Below are positions 23,606 through 34,930 of a stretch of DNA of 64,000 nt, one piece after another. The position numbers and the translations under genes were made by a program. Position 1 is the stretch's first letter. Every line of letters begins with the position of its first letter. The notes beneath the pieces were generated by a model that saw only the letters and a list, made by a program, of their open reading frames with translations, searched no databases and was not told the DNA's origin. Source of the stretch: Macrostomum lignano (taxonomy: Eukaryota); contig NIVC01000023.1 in assembly GCA_002269645.1 (NCBI GenBank), positions 1,364,001 through 1,428,000 of the forward strand. Reading direction: 5' to 3'.

Positions 23606-23782
23606 GTTAGTTGTCAAGCCCGGTCAAGTTTAATACTGGTGCCAGAGCAACCCAGCTGGCAACAGCACACCGCTGCAGCTGTCGCTGACTTCAGAGCTGC
23701 CTGGCTGCTGGTGGATGTTAATTCCGGCTTACAGATAGCTTTATTGCTCAATACACATTGTTAGTGACTGTGCGGATTCGCT

Positions 23783-23867
23783 GTGATGACAATAGATGAT
23801 GAGATTGACAGGTGCAAACTCGAGTAGTTTGTGCCAATTAGTGAAATTTAATGAGGCATTTGTCTGA
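23783..23867 (+). ncRNA. SNORD15: U15-family C/D snoRNA, subtype a (first CPD-intron copy; D' guide variant GATGATGAG)
   Basis: GTGATGA...GAGGCATTTGTCTGA with the same stems as 17717. Confidence 0.88.
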
Positions 23868-23941
23868 GCCCTGACTCCTGAGTATATAGATTTATATTAT
23901 TTATGAGCTTATCAGGTACATAGAGTGCTTTGGGTCATTGT

Positions 23942-24292
23942 CCAGAAGACACAGCCTGGCGTAATGACAAACTTAACTGGCCATTATTTCAGCTGCATCT
24001 CGTCAGCTCAAGCCTATCATCAGCTTATTCATTTATAGTCTATGGCCCAACAGCTTTTTTACTTATAGTCTATGGCCCAACCACCGCCCTCTTTACGCAG
24101 TCGCACGCACGCAGACTCTTACCCTGAAATAATGACCGCTTCCGGCACGCTGAAATAATGGCCAGGCTGTGTCTTATAGACAATGACGTTGCGTAGTAGG
24201 TAAGGGGCTGAAATAATGGCCATAGAAACTCGTGCGCTACGCGCACTCGTGTTTGGCCATTATTTCAGCCCCTTACTTACTACGCAATCTAC
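23942..24292. mobile_element. 351-bp non-autonomous palindromic insertion with 6-bp direct repeat CATTGT (Crypton-like or MITE); copies at 29063, 34184, 39304, 44425
   Basis: The empty site GGGTCATTGTG is visible at ~27085 and ~28755. CATTGT at 23936-23941 and 24293-24298. Two long internal hairpins (23934-24187; 24188-24289). Confidence 0.7.
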
Positions 24293-24305
24293 CATTGTGT
24301 GAGCA

Positions 24306-24688
24306 GTGATGACAATTTAGATGACGAACTGACAGGCATAATCAGTGTCTGCTCTGTGATCTTAATGAGGCATTTGTCTGAGAACAAGACCCTATTGCAT
24401 AGTGTTTATGAGTTTAGTCAGTTTTTATCAACTCGCTAATGATGACAGAATAGATGACGAGATTGACAGGTGCAAATAATCAGTTTGTGCCAGTTATGAA
24501 ATTCAATGAGGCATTTGTCTGATAGCGAGTGTCACGGTTATATGTTTCACAATATGTGATTGTTACACTAAAGTTTGTCGTGTGTAAATTCTTCCTCTAT
24601 AAAAATGATGACAAAAAAGATGACGAGAATGACTGGCATAGCGACTGTCTTTCCTTCAGTATGAATTATTAATGAGGCATTTGTCTGA
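24306..24688 (+). ncRNA. SNORD15: Cluster of 3 U15-family snoRNAs (b 24306-24381, c 24439-24522, d 24605-24688)
   Basis: Each has RTGATGA, an AGATGACGA guide and GAGGCATTTGTCTGA. Confidence 0.9.
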
Positions 24689-24797
24689 TTTTCAATTTAG
24701 AACTAAGTCAGGCAGCTGTTAGTCAAATAAGTCTTATTACTTGTCCTGAAAATGGAGTATCGGTATATTAAAGCAGGATTTTACTGCCTAATAATAC

Positions 24798-25632
24798 GGG
24801 GCTATAAAATTTGCTTGCGGAAATTTGCTTGCTGAAGTCTGCTTGTCGAATTTTGCTTGCCGAAGTTTGCTTGCAGAAATTTTGCTTGCCGAGGTTTGCC
24901 AGCCACAGTTTTCTTGCGGAACCTTAAAGAACCTATTATTACGCTCTTGTATTTCTAATTTTTATTTTCTATGATTCGTGGAAGTCGCCTATAGTGTTAT
25001 GATTTTGTATGAGGTTTTGGCGGATTTGAAAAGCCGTAATGCATAAATGTAATAATTTAGTTTTTTACTGGGAATACATTTTCAACAAAAATTAGACACA
25101 ATTTCGAACAATGCACATATCGAATGATTTAGGCACCGAAATGTACAGAATAGATTTTTTTAGAAATGAACGTACATTGTACACCAATGAACATCATTTC
25201 TATATACTAAATTCTTAGAATGAAACTCTATAAGCCTAGTTTGAAAGCTTAGTGTCAAGTCAGTTGACGTCGATGCTGATAAGAATCCACTTGCAAAACA
25301 TCTGTAGTAAGTAATAATTGACTGACCAACTTCACAAGCAATCAAAACAAGCAAGCAGACAAGAAAAGAATTCGGCAAGTTTAAACCTTGCAATTATGAT
25401 TGCGAATTTCTAGGAAGCAGACATCAAAATTCCGCAAGCAAAGTTCGGCAAGCAAAGTTCCTGCAAGCAAATTTCCTGCAACTGCAAGCAAAGTTCGGGA
25501 TGCGAAGTTCGGCATACAAAGTTCGGCATGCAAAATTCGGCAAGAAAAATTCGGCCAGCAAAGTTCGGCAGGCAAAATTCCGGCAAGCAAAGTTCGGCAA
25601 GCAAACTTCCCGCAAGCAAACGTCGTACTCCC
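24798..25632. mobile_element. ~835-bp non-autonomous TIR element with inverted arrays of ~13-bp subterminal repeats (GCAAGCAAAGTTCG); copies at ~29919, 35040, 40160
   Basis: Left end GGGGCTATAAAATTTGCTTGCGGAAATTTGCTTGC is mirrored by right end GCAAGCAAACTTCCCGCAAGCAAACGTCGTACTCCC. Absent from the homologous module tail at ~27595. Confidence 0.65.
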
Positions 25633-25834
25633 ATTCCAACCATCGACCATAGTGTTCAATTTCACCAGTCTTATTCCCTTACTTTGCACTCCAGCAGTCC
25701 ATTTTCCACTGCCTCCTCTGGGGAGTTCAAAAGACAGTGCAACCGTTGTTGACCCAGGCCTCAACCCACCCGGTACATGGTTGGCTTGTCGTTCTCATTT
25801 CATGGGTGTTTCAATAAAGTAAAGATCACAATCG

Positions 25835-26244
25835 GTGAAGCCTATCTCCTCTCTGATAGGTGTGAAGGCTGTTGGCTCCAAGGTGATGTGCCTTTGTTAA
25901 GGTCTTGCTTTTGGTCCTGCTAGGTGCCCACGCACCCTACTCAATAATTTGATTACACCTACCCTAATGGACAGATGTGCAACCGACAGCTCAGCGGCAG
26001 CCATTGCGCGGCGCATCTGAAGGCTGCGTACGGCTGTTCAGTCCAAGGACTGGGGGGGGGGGTCGCCACACACACCCTCAATTACCCCAGCTAATGCTGG
26101 CACCCATTTTACAGCTGGGTGAACTGAAGCAATGCAGAGTTAAGTGTCTTGCTCAAGGACACAAATTGTTCCAGTGGGATTTGGGAATCGAACCCCCGAC
26201 CTTCAAGTCGTGAGTCCGACGCTCTGACCACTAGGCTACAACCC
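25835..26244 (-). mobile_element. tRNA-derived CORE-type SINE; copies at ~30956-31365, 36077-36485, 41197-41606
   Basis: Minus strand has A box TAGCCTAGTGG, B box GGTTCGATTCC, then GTGTCCTTGAGCAAGACACTTAAC...CTGTAAAATGGG resembling the MIR/CORE domain. The 3' boundary is uncertain. Confidence 0.85.
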
Positions 26245-26361
26245 TAGCCTAGTGATACTCACTAGGACTCACCAGGATCCTCACTAGGATCCTTAACACC
26301 AGCTGATCCTCAAAAACTGTTAAAGCAGCTAAGTTGGTGTTTCATGTAACTCTTTTGTAAC

Positions 26362-26441
26362 TTGTACAAATAGACGACGAGAATGACTGCATTAACACTT
26401 TCTATGATTCGCTAGGAATTACTATTGAGGCATTTGTCTGA
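26362..26441 (+). pseudogene. SNORD15: Degenerate U15 copy lacking box C; copies at ~31483, 36603, 41724
   Basis: TAGACGACGAG (mutated D' guide) ... GAGGCATTTGTCTGA, with no RTGATGA upstream. Confidence 0.75.
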
Positions 26442-26930
26442 TTTTCAATTTGAAATCGAGTTAGACTCTGGTGAGACAAATAAGCTTTAATTATATAGGT
26501 TTTAAGATTATTGGATTTCCTGTATAAATTAGTCAATCCAATGCTATGTTTTCCTTTATTACCGTCCTGAAAGTAGAGCATTAGTATCTAGTGTAAAATA
26601 GGGTATTAGTAGTGTAGCAGATTTACTGCCTAATAAATCAAGTTATCTTCTATTTTATTTAAGACGCTATTTAAAATTCTAGTTGCCATGCAATCAGATA
26701 AGCACACGGCACCAGATTTGATCCCTTGACCAATGGGTGCTAGTTGCCATGCAGTTAGTTGTCAAGCCCGGTCAAGTTTAATACTGGTGCCAGAGCAACC
26801 CAGCTGGCAACAGCACACCGCTGCAGCTGTCGCTGACTTCAGAGCTGCCTGGCTGCTGGTGGATGTTAATTCCGGCTTACAGATAGCTTTATTGCTCAAT
26901 GCACATTGTTAGTGACTGTGCGGATTCGCT

Positions 26931-27485
26931 GTGATGACAATAGATGACGAGATTGACAGGTGCAAACTCGAGTAGTTTGTGCCAATTAGTGAAATTTAAT
27001 GAGGCATTTGTCTGAGCCCTGAGTCCTGAGTATATATCTTAGATTTATATTATTTATGAGCTTATCAAGTACATAGAGTACTTTGGGTCATTGTGTTAGC
27101 AGTGATGACAATTTAGATGACGAACTGACAGACATAATCAGTGTCTGCTCTGTGATCTTAATGAGGCATTTGTCTGAGCACAAGACCTATTGCATAGTGT
27201 TTATGAGTTTAGTCAGTTTTTATCAACTCGCTAATGATGACAGAATAGATGACGAGATTGACAGGTGCAAATGATCAGTTTGTGCCAGTTATGAAATTTC
27301 AATGAGGCATTTGTCTGATAGAGAGTGTCACGGTTATATGTTTCACAATATGTGATTGTTACACTAAAGTTTGTAGTTTGTAAATTCTTCCTCTATAAAA
27401 ATGATGACAAAAAAAGATGACGAGAATGACTGGCATAGCGACTGTCTTTCCTTCAGTATGAATTATTAATGAGGCATTTGTCTGA
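26931..27485 (+). ncRNA. SNORD15: Cluster of 4 U15-family snoRNAs (a 26931-27015, b 27102-27177, c 27234-27318, d 27401-27485)
   Basis: Boxes and guides as above, preceded by the 61-mer and 127-nt leader at ~26680-26885. Confidence 0.9.
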
Positions 27486-27924
27486 TTTTCAATTTAGAAC
27501 TAAGTCAGGCAGCTGTTAACTTGTTAAGACAAATAAGCCTTATTACTTTTCCTGAAAGTGGAGTATCGGTGTATTAAATCAGGATTTTACTGCCTAATTA
27601 ATACATCATAGCATCAAGCTGTCTAGATTTTGTTTAAAAAGCGTATGACTAATTTTGTACCTCAAATGTTAAATAATTTCAGGTCTTAGTTAGACACCGG
27701 CCTCATTGTCTCTGTATTAATAATGCACCAAATTTCAGGGCCTTCGGCCTTCATGGATTTCGATGCAATATTTTTTATGGGTAGTGCCTTGAATGTCTCA
27801 CTGACTTGAAGATTTAAATACCTTTTGACCAATGGGTGTTATTCAATTACATAAGCACATGGCACCGATGAGTGCTAGTTGCCACGCAATTAGACAAGTA
27901 AATAAACACGCGGCAACTAATTAG

Positions 27925-28292
27925 TGCGTGGGGGCGTAGCCTAGCAGGCGCTCTGATGTACCAGAGGCCCAGGCTCGATTCCAAGTGCAGTCACATTAAT
28001 TTGGGGCTGAATTGGAATCTCGGCTTGGCTCTACTCGTGCAATTAACGCCTGCGTTGAGGGCCACCCCAAGGCACAGTGAAGTGTACATGCCTAACGATA
28101 AATAAAGTTAGGGTCGCTGTACACTCCTGTGTGACTGAGTGAGTGCCTGTGCGTGTGACTGCGTACGTATCCGCGCGCTTGTGTGCCTGCTCAGGGGGGT
28201 CAGCGGAACAGACATAATGCTTCTTGCCGGTTGTGTAACAGTGTCGCTTAAAGTGCGCCATGATGCACACAGCCCTTGTCTCTAATAAAAAA
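27925..28292 (+). mobile_element. Second tRNA-derived SINE family; copies at ~33046, 38166, 43287
   Basis: A box TAGCCTAGCAGG (27937), B-like box GGCTCGATTCC (27972), GC-rich body, AATAAAAAA tail (28284-28292). Inserted among degenerate 61-mers. Confidence 0.7.
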
Positions 28293-28602
28293 CCAACGGG
28301 TGCCAGTGTAAATGCGATACGGCACCAGATTTGATCCCTTGACCAATGGGTGCTAGTTGCCATGCAATCAGATAAACACGGCACCAGATTTGATCTCTTG
28401 ACCAATGGGTGCTAGTTGCCATGCAGTTAGTTGTCAAGCCCGGTCAAGTTTAATACTGGTGCCAGAGCAACCCAGCTGGCAACAGCACACCGCTGCAGCT
28501 GTCGCTGACTTCAGAGCTGCCTGGCTGCTGGTGGATGTTAATTCCGGCTTACAGATAGCTTTATTGCTCAATGCACATTGTTAGTGACTGTGCGGACTCG
28601 CT

Positions 28603-28988
28603 GTGATGACAATAGATGACGAGATTGACAGGTGCAAACTCGAGTAGTTTGTGCCAATTAGTGAAATTTAATGAGGCATTTGTCTGAGCCCTGAGTCCTG
28701 AGTATATAGATTTATATTATTTATGAGCTTATCAAGTACATAGAGTACTTTGGGTCATTGTGTCAGCAGTGATGACAATTTAGATGACGAACTGACAGGC
28801 ATAATCAGTGTCTGCTCTGTGATCTTAATGAGGCATTTGTCTGAGAACAAGACCCTATTGCATAGTGTTTATGAGTTTAGTCAGTTTTTATCAACTCGCT
28901 AATGATGACAGAATAGATGACGAGATTGACAGGTGCAAACTCGAGTAGTTTGTGCCAATTAGTGAAATTTAATGAGGCATTTGTCTGA
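28603..28988 (+). ncRNA. SNORD15: Cluster of 3 U15-family snoRNAs (a 28603-28687, b 28769-28844, chimeric c/a 28902-28988)
   Basis: Boxes and guides intact. Confidence 0.9.
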
Positions 28989-29426
28989 GCCCTGAGTCCT
29001 GAGTATATAGATTTATATTATTTATGAGCTTATCAGGTACATAGAGTGCTTTGGGTCATTGTCCAGAAGACACAGCCTGGCGTAATGACAAACTTAACTG
29101 GCCATTATTTCAGCTGCATCTCGTCAGCTCAAGCCTATCATCAGCTTATTCATTTATAGTCTATGGCCCAACAGCTTTTTTACTTATAGTCTATGGCCCA
29201 ACCACCGCCCTCTTTACGCAGTCGCACGCACGCAGACTCTTACCCTGAAATAATGACCGCTTCCGGCACGCTGAAATAATGGCCAGGCTGTGTCTTATAG
29301 ACAATGACGTTGCGTAGTAGGTAAGGGGCTGAAATAATGGCCATAGAAACTCGTGCGCTACGCGCACTCGTGTTTGGCCATTATTTCAGCCCCTTACTTA
29401 CTACGCAATCTACCATTGTGTGAGCA

Positions 29427-29809
29427 GTGATGACAATTTAGATGACGAACTGACAGGCATAATCAGTGTCTGCTCTGTGATCTTAATGAGGCATTTGTCT
29501 GAGAACAAGACCCTATTGCATAGTGTTTATGAGTTTAGTCAGTTTTTATCAACTCGCTAATGATGACAGAATAGATGACGAGATTGACAGGTGCAAATAA
29601 TCAGTTTGTGCCAGTTATGAAATTCAATGAGGCATTTGTCTGATAGCGAGTGTCACGGTTATATGTTTCACAATATGTGATTGTTACACTAAAGTTTGTC
29701 GTGTGTAAATTCTTCCTCTATAAAAATGATGACAAAAAAGATGACGAGAATGACTGGCATAGCGACTGTCTTTCCTTCAGTATGAATTATTAATGAGGCA
29801 TTTGTCTGA
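29427..29809 (+). ncRNA. SNORD15: Cluster of 3 U15-family snoRNAs (b,c,d), unit 2
   Basis: Copy of 24306-24688. Confidence 0.9.
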
Positions 29810-32051
29810 TTTTCAATTTAGAACTAAGTCAGGCAGCTGTTAGTCAAATAAGTCTTATTACTTGTCCTGAAAATGGAGTATCGGTATATTAAAGCAGGAT
29901 TTTACTGCCTAATAATACGGGGCTATAAAATTTGCTTGCGGAAATTTGCTTGCTGAAGTCTGCTTGTCGAATTTTGCTTGCCGAAGTTTGCTTGCAGAAA
30001 TTTTGCTTGCCGAGGTTTGCCAGCCACAGTTTTCTTGCGGAACCTTAAAGAACCTATTATTACGCTCTTGTATTTCTAATTTTTATTTTCTATGATTCGT
30101 GGAAGTCGCCTATAGTGTTATGATTTTGTATGAGGTTTTGGCGGATTTGAAAAGCCGTAATGCATAAATGTAATAATTTAGTTTTTTACTGGGAATACAT
30201 TTTCAACAAAAATTAGACACAATTTCGAACAATGCACATATCGAATGATTTAGGCACCGAAATGTACAGAATAGATTTTTTTAGAAATGAACGTACATTG
30301 TACACCAATGAACATCATTTCTATATACTAAATTCTTAGAATGAAACTCTATAAGCCTAGTTTGAAAGCTTAGTGTCAAGTCAGTTGACGTCGATGCTGA
30401 TAAGAATCCACTTGCAAAACATCTGTAGTAAGTAATAATTGACTGACCAACTTCACAAGCAATCAAAACAAGCAAGCAGACAAGAAAAGAATTCGGCAAG
30501 TTTAAACCTTGCAATTATGATTGCGAATTTCTAGGAAGCAGACATCAAAATTCCGCAAGCAAAGTTCGGCAAGCAAAGTTCCTGCAAGCAAATTTCCTGC
30601 AACTGCAAGCAAAGTTCGGGATGCGAAGTTCGGCATACAAAGTTCGGCATGCAAAATTCGGCAAGAAAAATTCGGCCAGCAAAGTTCGGCAGGCAAAATT
30701 CCGGCAAGCAAAGTTCGGCAAGCAAACTTCCCGCAAGCAAACGTCGTACTCCCATTCCAACCATCGACCATAGTGTTCAATTTCACCAGTCTTATTCCCT
30801 TACTTTGCACTCCAGCAGTCCATTTTCCACTGCCTCCTCTGGGGAGTTCAAAAGACAGTGCAACCGTTGTTGACCCAGGCCTCAACCCACCCGGTACATG
30901 GTTGGCTTGTCGTTCTCATTTCATGGGTGTTTCAATAAAGTAAAGATCACAATCGGTGAAGCCTATCTCCTCTCTGATAGGTGTGAAGGCTGTTGGCTCC
31001 AAGGTGATGTGCCTTTGTTAAGGTCTTGCTTTTGGTCCTGCTAGGTGCCCACGCACCCTACTCAATAATTTGATTACACCTACCCTAATGGACAGATGTG
31101 CAACCGACAGCTCAGCGGCAGCCATTGCGCGGCGCATCTGAAGGCTGCGTACGGCTGTTCAGTCCAAGGACTGGGGGGGGGGGTCGCCACACACACCCTC
31201 AATTACCCCAGCTAATGCTGGCACCCATTTTACAGCTGGGTGAACTGAAGCAATGCAGAGTTAAGTGTCTTGCTCAAGGACACAAATTGTTCCAGTGGGA
31301 TTTGGGAATCGAACCCCCGACCTTCAAGTCGTGAGTCCGACGCTCTGACCACTAGGCTACAACCCTAGCCTAGTGATACTCACTAGGACTCACCAGGATC
31401 CTCACTAGGATCCTTAACACCAGCTGATCCTCAAAAACTGTTAAAGCAGCTAAGTTGGTGTTTCATGTAACTCTTTTGTAACTTGTACAAATAGACGACG
31501 AGAATGACTGCATTAACACTTTCTATGATTCGCTAGGAATTACTATTGAGGCATTTGTCTGATTTTCAATTTGAAATCGAGTTAGACTCTGGTGAGACAA
31601 ATAAGCTTTAATTATATAGGTTTTAAGATTATTGGATTTCCTGTATAAATTAGTCAATCCAATGCTATGTTTTCCTTTATTACCGTCCTGAAAGTAGAGC
31701 ATTAGTATCTAGTGTAAAATAGGGTATTAGTAGTGTAGCAGATTTACTGCCTAATAAATCAAGTTATCTTCTATTTTATTTAAGACGCTATTTAAAATTC
31801 TAGTTGCCATGCAATCAGATAAGCACACGGCACCAGATTTGATCCCTTGACCAATGGGTGCTAGTTGCCATGCAGTTAGTTGTCAAGCCCGGTCAAGTTT
31901 AATACTGGTGCCAGAGCAACCCAGCTGGCAACAGCACACCGCTGCAGCTGTCGCTGACTTCAGAGCTGCCTGGCTGCTGGTGGATGTTAATTCCGGCTTA
32001 CAGATAGCTTTATTGCTCAATGCACATTGTTAGTGACTGTGCGGATTCGCT

Positions 32052-32606
32052 GTGATGACAATAGATGACGAGATTGACAGGTGCAAACTCGAGTAGTTTG
32101 TGCCAATTAGTGAAATTTAATGAGGCATTTGTCTGAGCCCTGAGTCCTGAGTATATATCTTAGATTTATATTATTTATGAGCTTATCAAGTACATAGAGT
32201 ACTTTGGGTCATTGTGTTAGCAGTGATGACAATTTAGATGACGAACTGACAGACATAATCAGTGTCTGCTCTGTGATCTTAATGAGGCATTTGTCTGAGC
32301 ACAAGACCCTATTGCATAGTGTTTATGAGTTTAGTCAGTTTTTATCAACTCGCTAATGATGACAGAATAGATGACGAGATTGACAGGTGCAAATGATCAG
32401 TTTGTGCCAGTTATGAAATTTCAATGAGGCATTTGTCTGATAGCGAGTGTCACGGTTATATGTTTCACAATATGTGATTGTTACACTAAAGTTTGTAGTT
32501 TGTAAATTCTTCCTCTATAAAAATGATGACAAAAAAGATGACGAGAATGACTGGCATAGCGACTGTCTTTCCTTCAGTATGAATTATTAATGAGGCATTT
32601 GTCTGA
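32052..32606 (+). ncRNA. SNORD15: Cluster of 4 U15-family snoRNAs (a,b,c,d), unit 2
   Basis: Copy of 26931-27485. Confidence 0.9.
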
Positions 32607-33723
32607 TTTTCAATTTAGAACTAAGTCAGGCAGCTGTTAACTTGTTAAGACAAATAAGCCTTATTACTTTTCCTGAAAGTGGAGTATCGGTGTATTAAAG
32701 CAGGATTTTACTGCCTAATTAATACATCATAGCATCAAGCTGTCTAGATTTTGTTTAAAAAGCGTATGACTAATTTTGTACCTCAAATGTTAAATAATTT
32801 CAGGTCTTAGTTAGACACCGGCCTCATTGTCTCTGTATTAATAATGCACCAAATTTCAGGGCCTTCGGCCTTCATGGATTTCGATGCAATATTTTTTATG
32901 GGTAGTGCCTTGAATGTCTCACTGACTTGAAGATTTAAATACCTTTTGACCAATGGGTGTTATTCAATTACATAAGCACATGGCACCGATGAGTGCTAGT
33001 TGCCACGCAATTAGACAAGTAAATAAACACGCGGCAACTAATTAGTGCGTGGGGGCGTAGCCTAGCAGGCGCTCTGATGTACCAGAGGCCCAGGCTCGAT
33101 TCCAAGTGCAGTCACATTAATTTGGGGCTGAATTGGAATCTCGGCTTGGCTCTACTCGTGCAATTAACGCCTGCGTTGAGGGCCACCCCAAGGCACAGTG
33201 AAGTGTACATGCCTAACGATAAATAAAGTTAGGGTCGCTGTACACTCCTGTGTGACTGAGTGAGTGCCTGTGCGTGTGACTGCGTACGTATCCGCGCGCT
33301 TGTGTGCCTGCTCAGGGGGGTCAGCGGAACAGACATAATGCTTCTTGCCGGTTGTGTAACAGTGTCGCTTAAAGTGCGCCATGATGCACACAGCCCTTGT
33401 CTCTAATAAAAAACCAACGGGTGCCAGTGTAAATGCGATACGGCACCAGATTTGATCCCTTGACCAATGGGTGCTAGTTGCCATGCAATCAGATAAACAC
33501 GGCACCAGATTTGATCTCTTGACCAATGGGTGCTAGTTGCCATGCAGTTAGTTGTCAAGCCCGGTCAAGTTTAATACTGGTGCCAGAGCAACCCAGCTGG
33601 CAACAGCACACCGCTGCAGCTGTCGCTGACTTCAGAGCTGCCTGGCTGCTGGTGGATGTTAATTCCGGCTTACAGATAGCTTTATTGCTCAATGCACATT
33701 GTTAGTGACTGTGCGGACTCGCT

Positions 33724-34109
33724 GTGATGACAATAGATGACGAGATTGACAGGTGCAAACTCGAGTAGTTTGTGCCAATTAGTGAAATTTAATGAGGCAT
33801 TTGTCTGAGCCCTGAGTCCTGAGTATATAGATTTATATTATTTATGAGCTTATCAAGTACATAGAGTACTTTGGGTCATTGTGTCAGCAGTGATGACAAT
33901 TTAGATGACGAACTGACAGGCATAATCAGTGTCTGCTCTGTGATCTTAATGAGGCATTTGTCTGAGAACAAGACCCTATTGCATAGTGTTTATGAGTTTA
34001 GTCAGTTTTTATCAACTCGCTAATGATGACAGAATAGATGACGAGATTGACAGGTGCAAACTCGAGTAGTTTGTGCCAATTAGTGAAATTTAATGAGGCA
34101 TTTGTCTGA
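33724..34109 (+). ncRNA. SNORD15: Cluster of 3 U15-family snoRNAs (a,b,c/a), unit 2
   Basis: Copy of 28603-28988. Confidence 0.9.
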
Positions 34110-34547
34110 GCCCTGAGTCCTGAGTATATAGATTTATATTATTTATGAGCTTATCAGGTACATAGAGTGCTTTGGGTCATTGTCCAGAAGACACAGCCTG
34201 GCGTAATGACAAACTTAACTGGCCATTATTTCAGCTGCATCTCGTCAGCTCAAGCCTATCATCAGCTTATTCATTTATAGTCTATGGCCCAACAGCTTTT
34301 TTACTTATAGTCTATGGCCCAACCACCGCCCTCTTTACGCAGTCGCACGCACGCAGACTCTTACCCTGAAATAATGACCGCTTCCGGCACGCTGAAATAA
34401 TGGCCAGGCTGTGTCTTATAGACAATGACGTTGCGTAGTAGGTAAGGGGCTGAAATAATGGCCATAGAAACTCGTGCGCTACGCGCACTCGTGTTTGGCC
34501 ATTATTTCAGCCCCTTACTTACTACGCAATCTACCATTGTGTGAGCA

Positions 34548-34930
34548 GTGATGACAATTTAGATGACGAACTGACAGGCATAATCAGTGTCTGCTCTGTG
34601 ATCTTAATGAGGCATTTGTCTGAGAACAAGACCCTATTGCATAGTGTTTATGAGTTTAGTCAGTTTTTATCAACTCGCTAATGATGACAGAATAGATGAC
34701 GAGATTGACAGGTGCAAATAATCAGTTTGTGCCAGTTATGAAATTCAATGAGGCATTTGTCTGATAGCGAGTGTCACGGTTATATGTTTCACAATATGTG
34801 ATTGTTACACTAAAGTTTGTCGTGTGTAAATTCTTCCTCTATAAAAATGATGACAAAAAAGATGACGAGAATGACTGGCATAGCGACTGTCTTTCCTTCA
34901 GTATGAATTATTAATGAGGCATTTGTCTGA
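34548..34930 (+). ncRNA. SNORD15: Cluster of 3 U15-family snoRNAs (b,c,d), unit 3
   Basis: Copy of 24306-24688. Confidence 0.9.

Noticed and set aside
26150-26244. Functional tRNA gene (minus strand)
   Set aside because: The acceptor stem does not close and the sequence continues into a CORE domain, so it is a SINE head.
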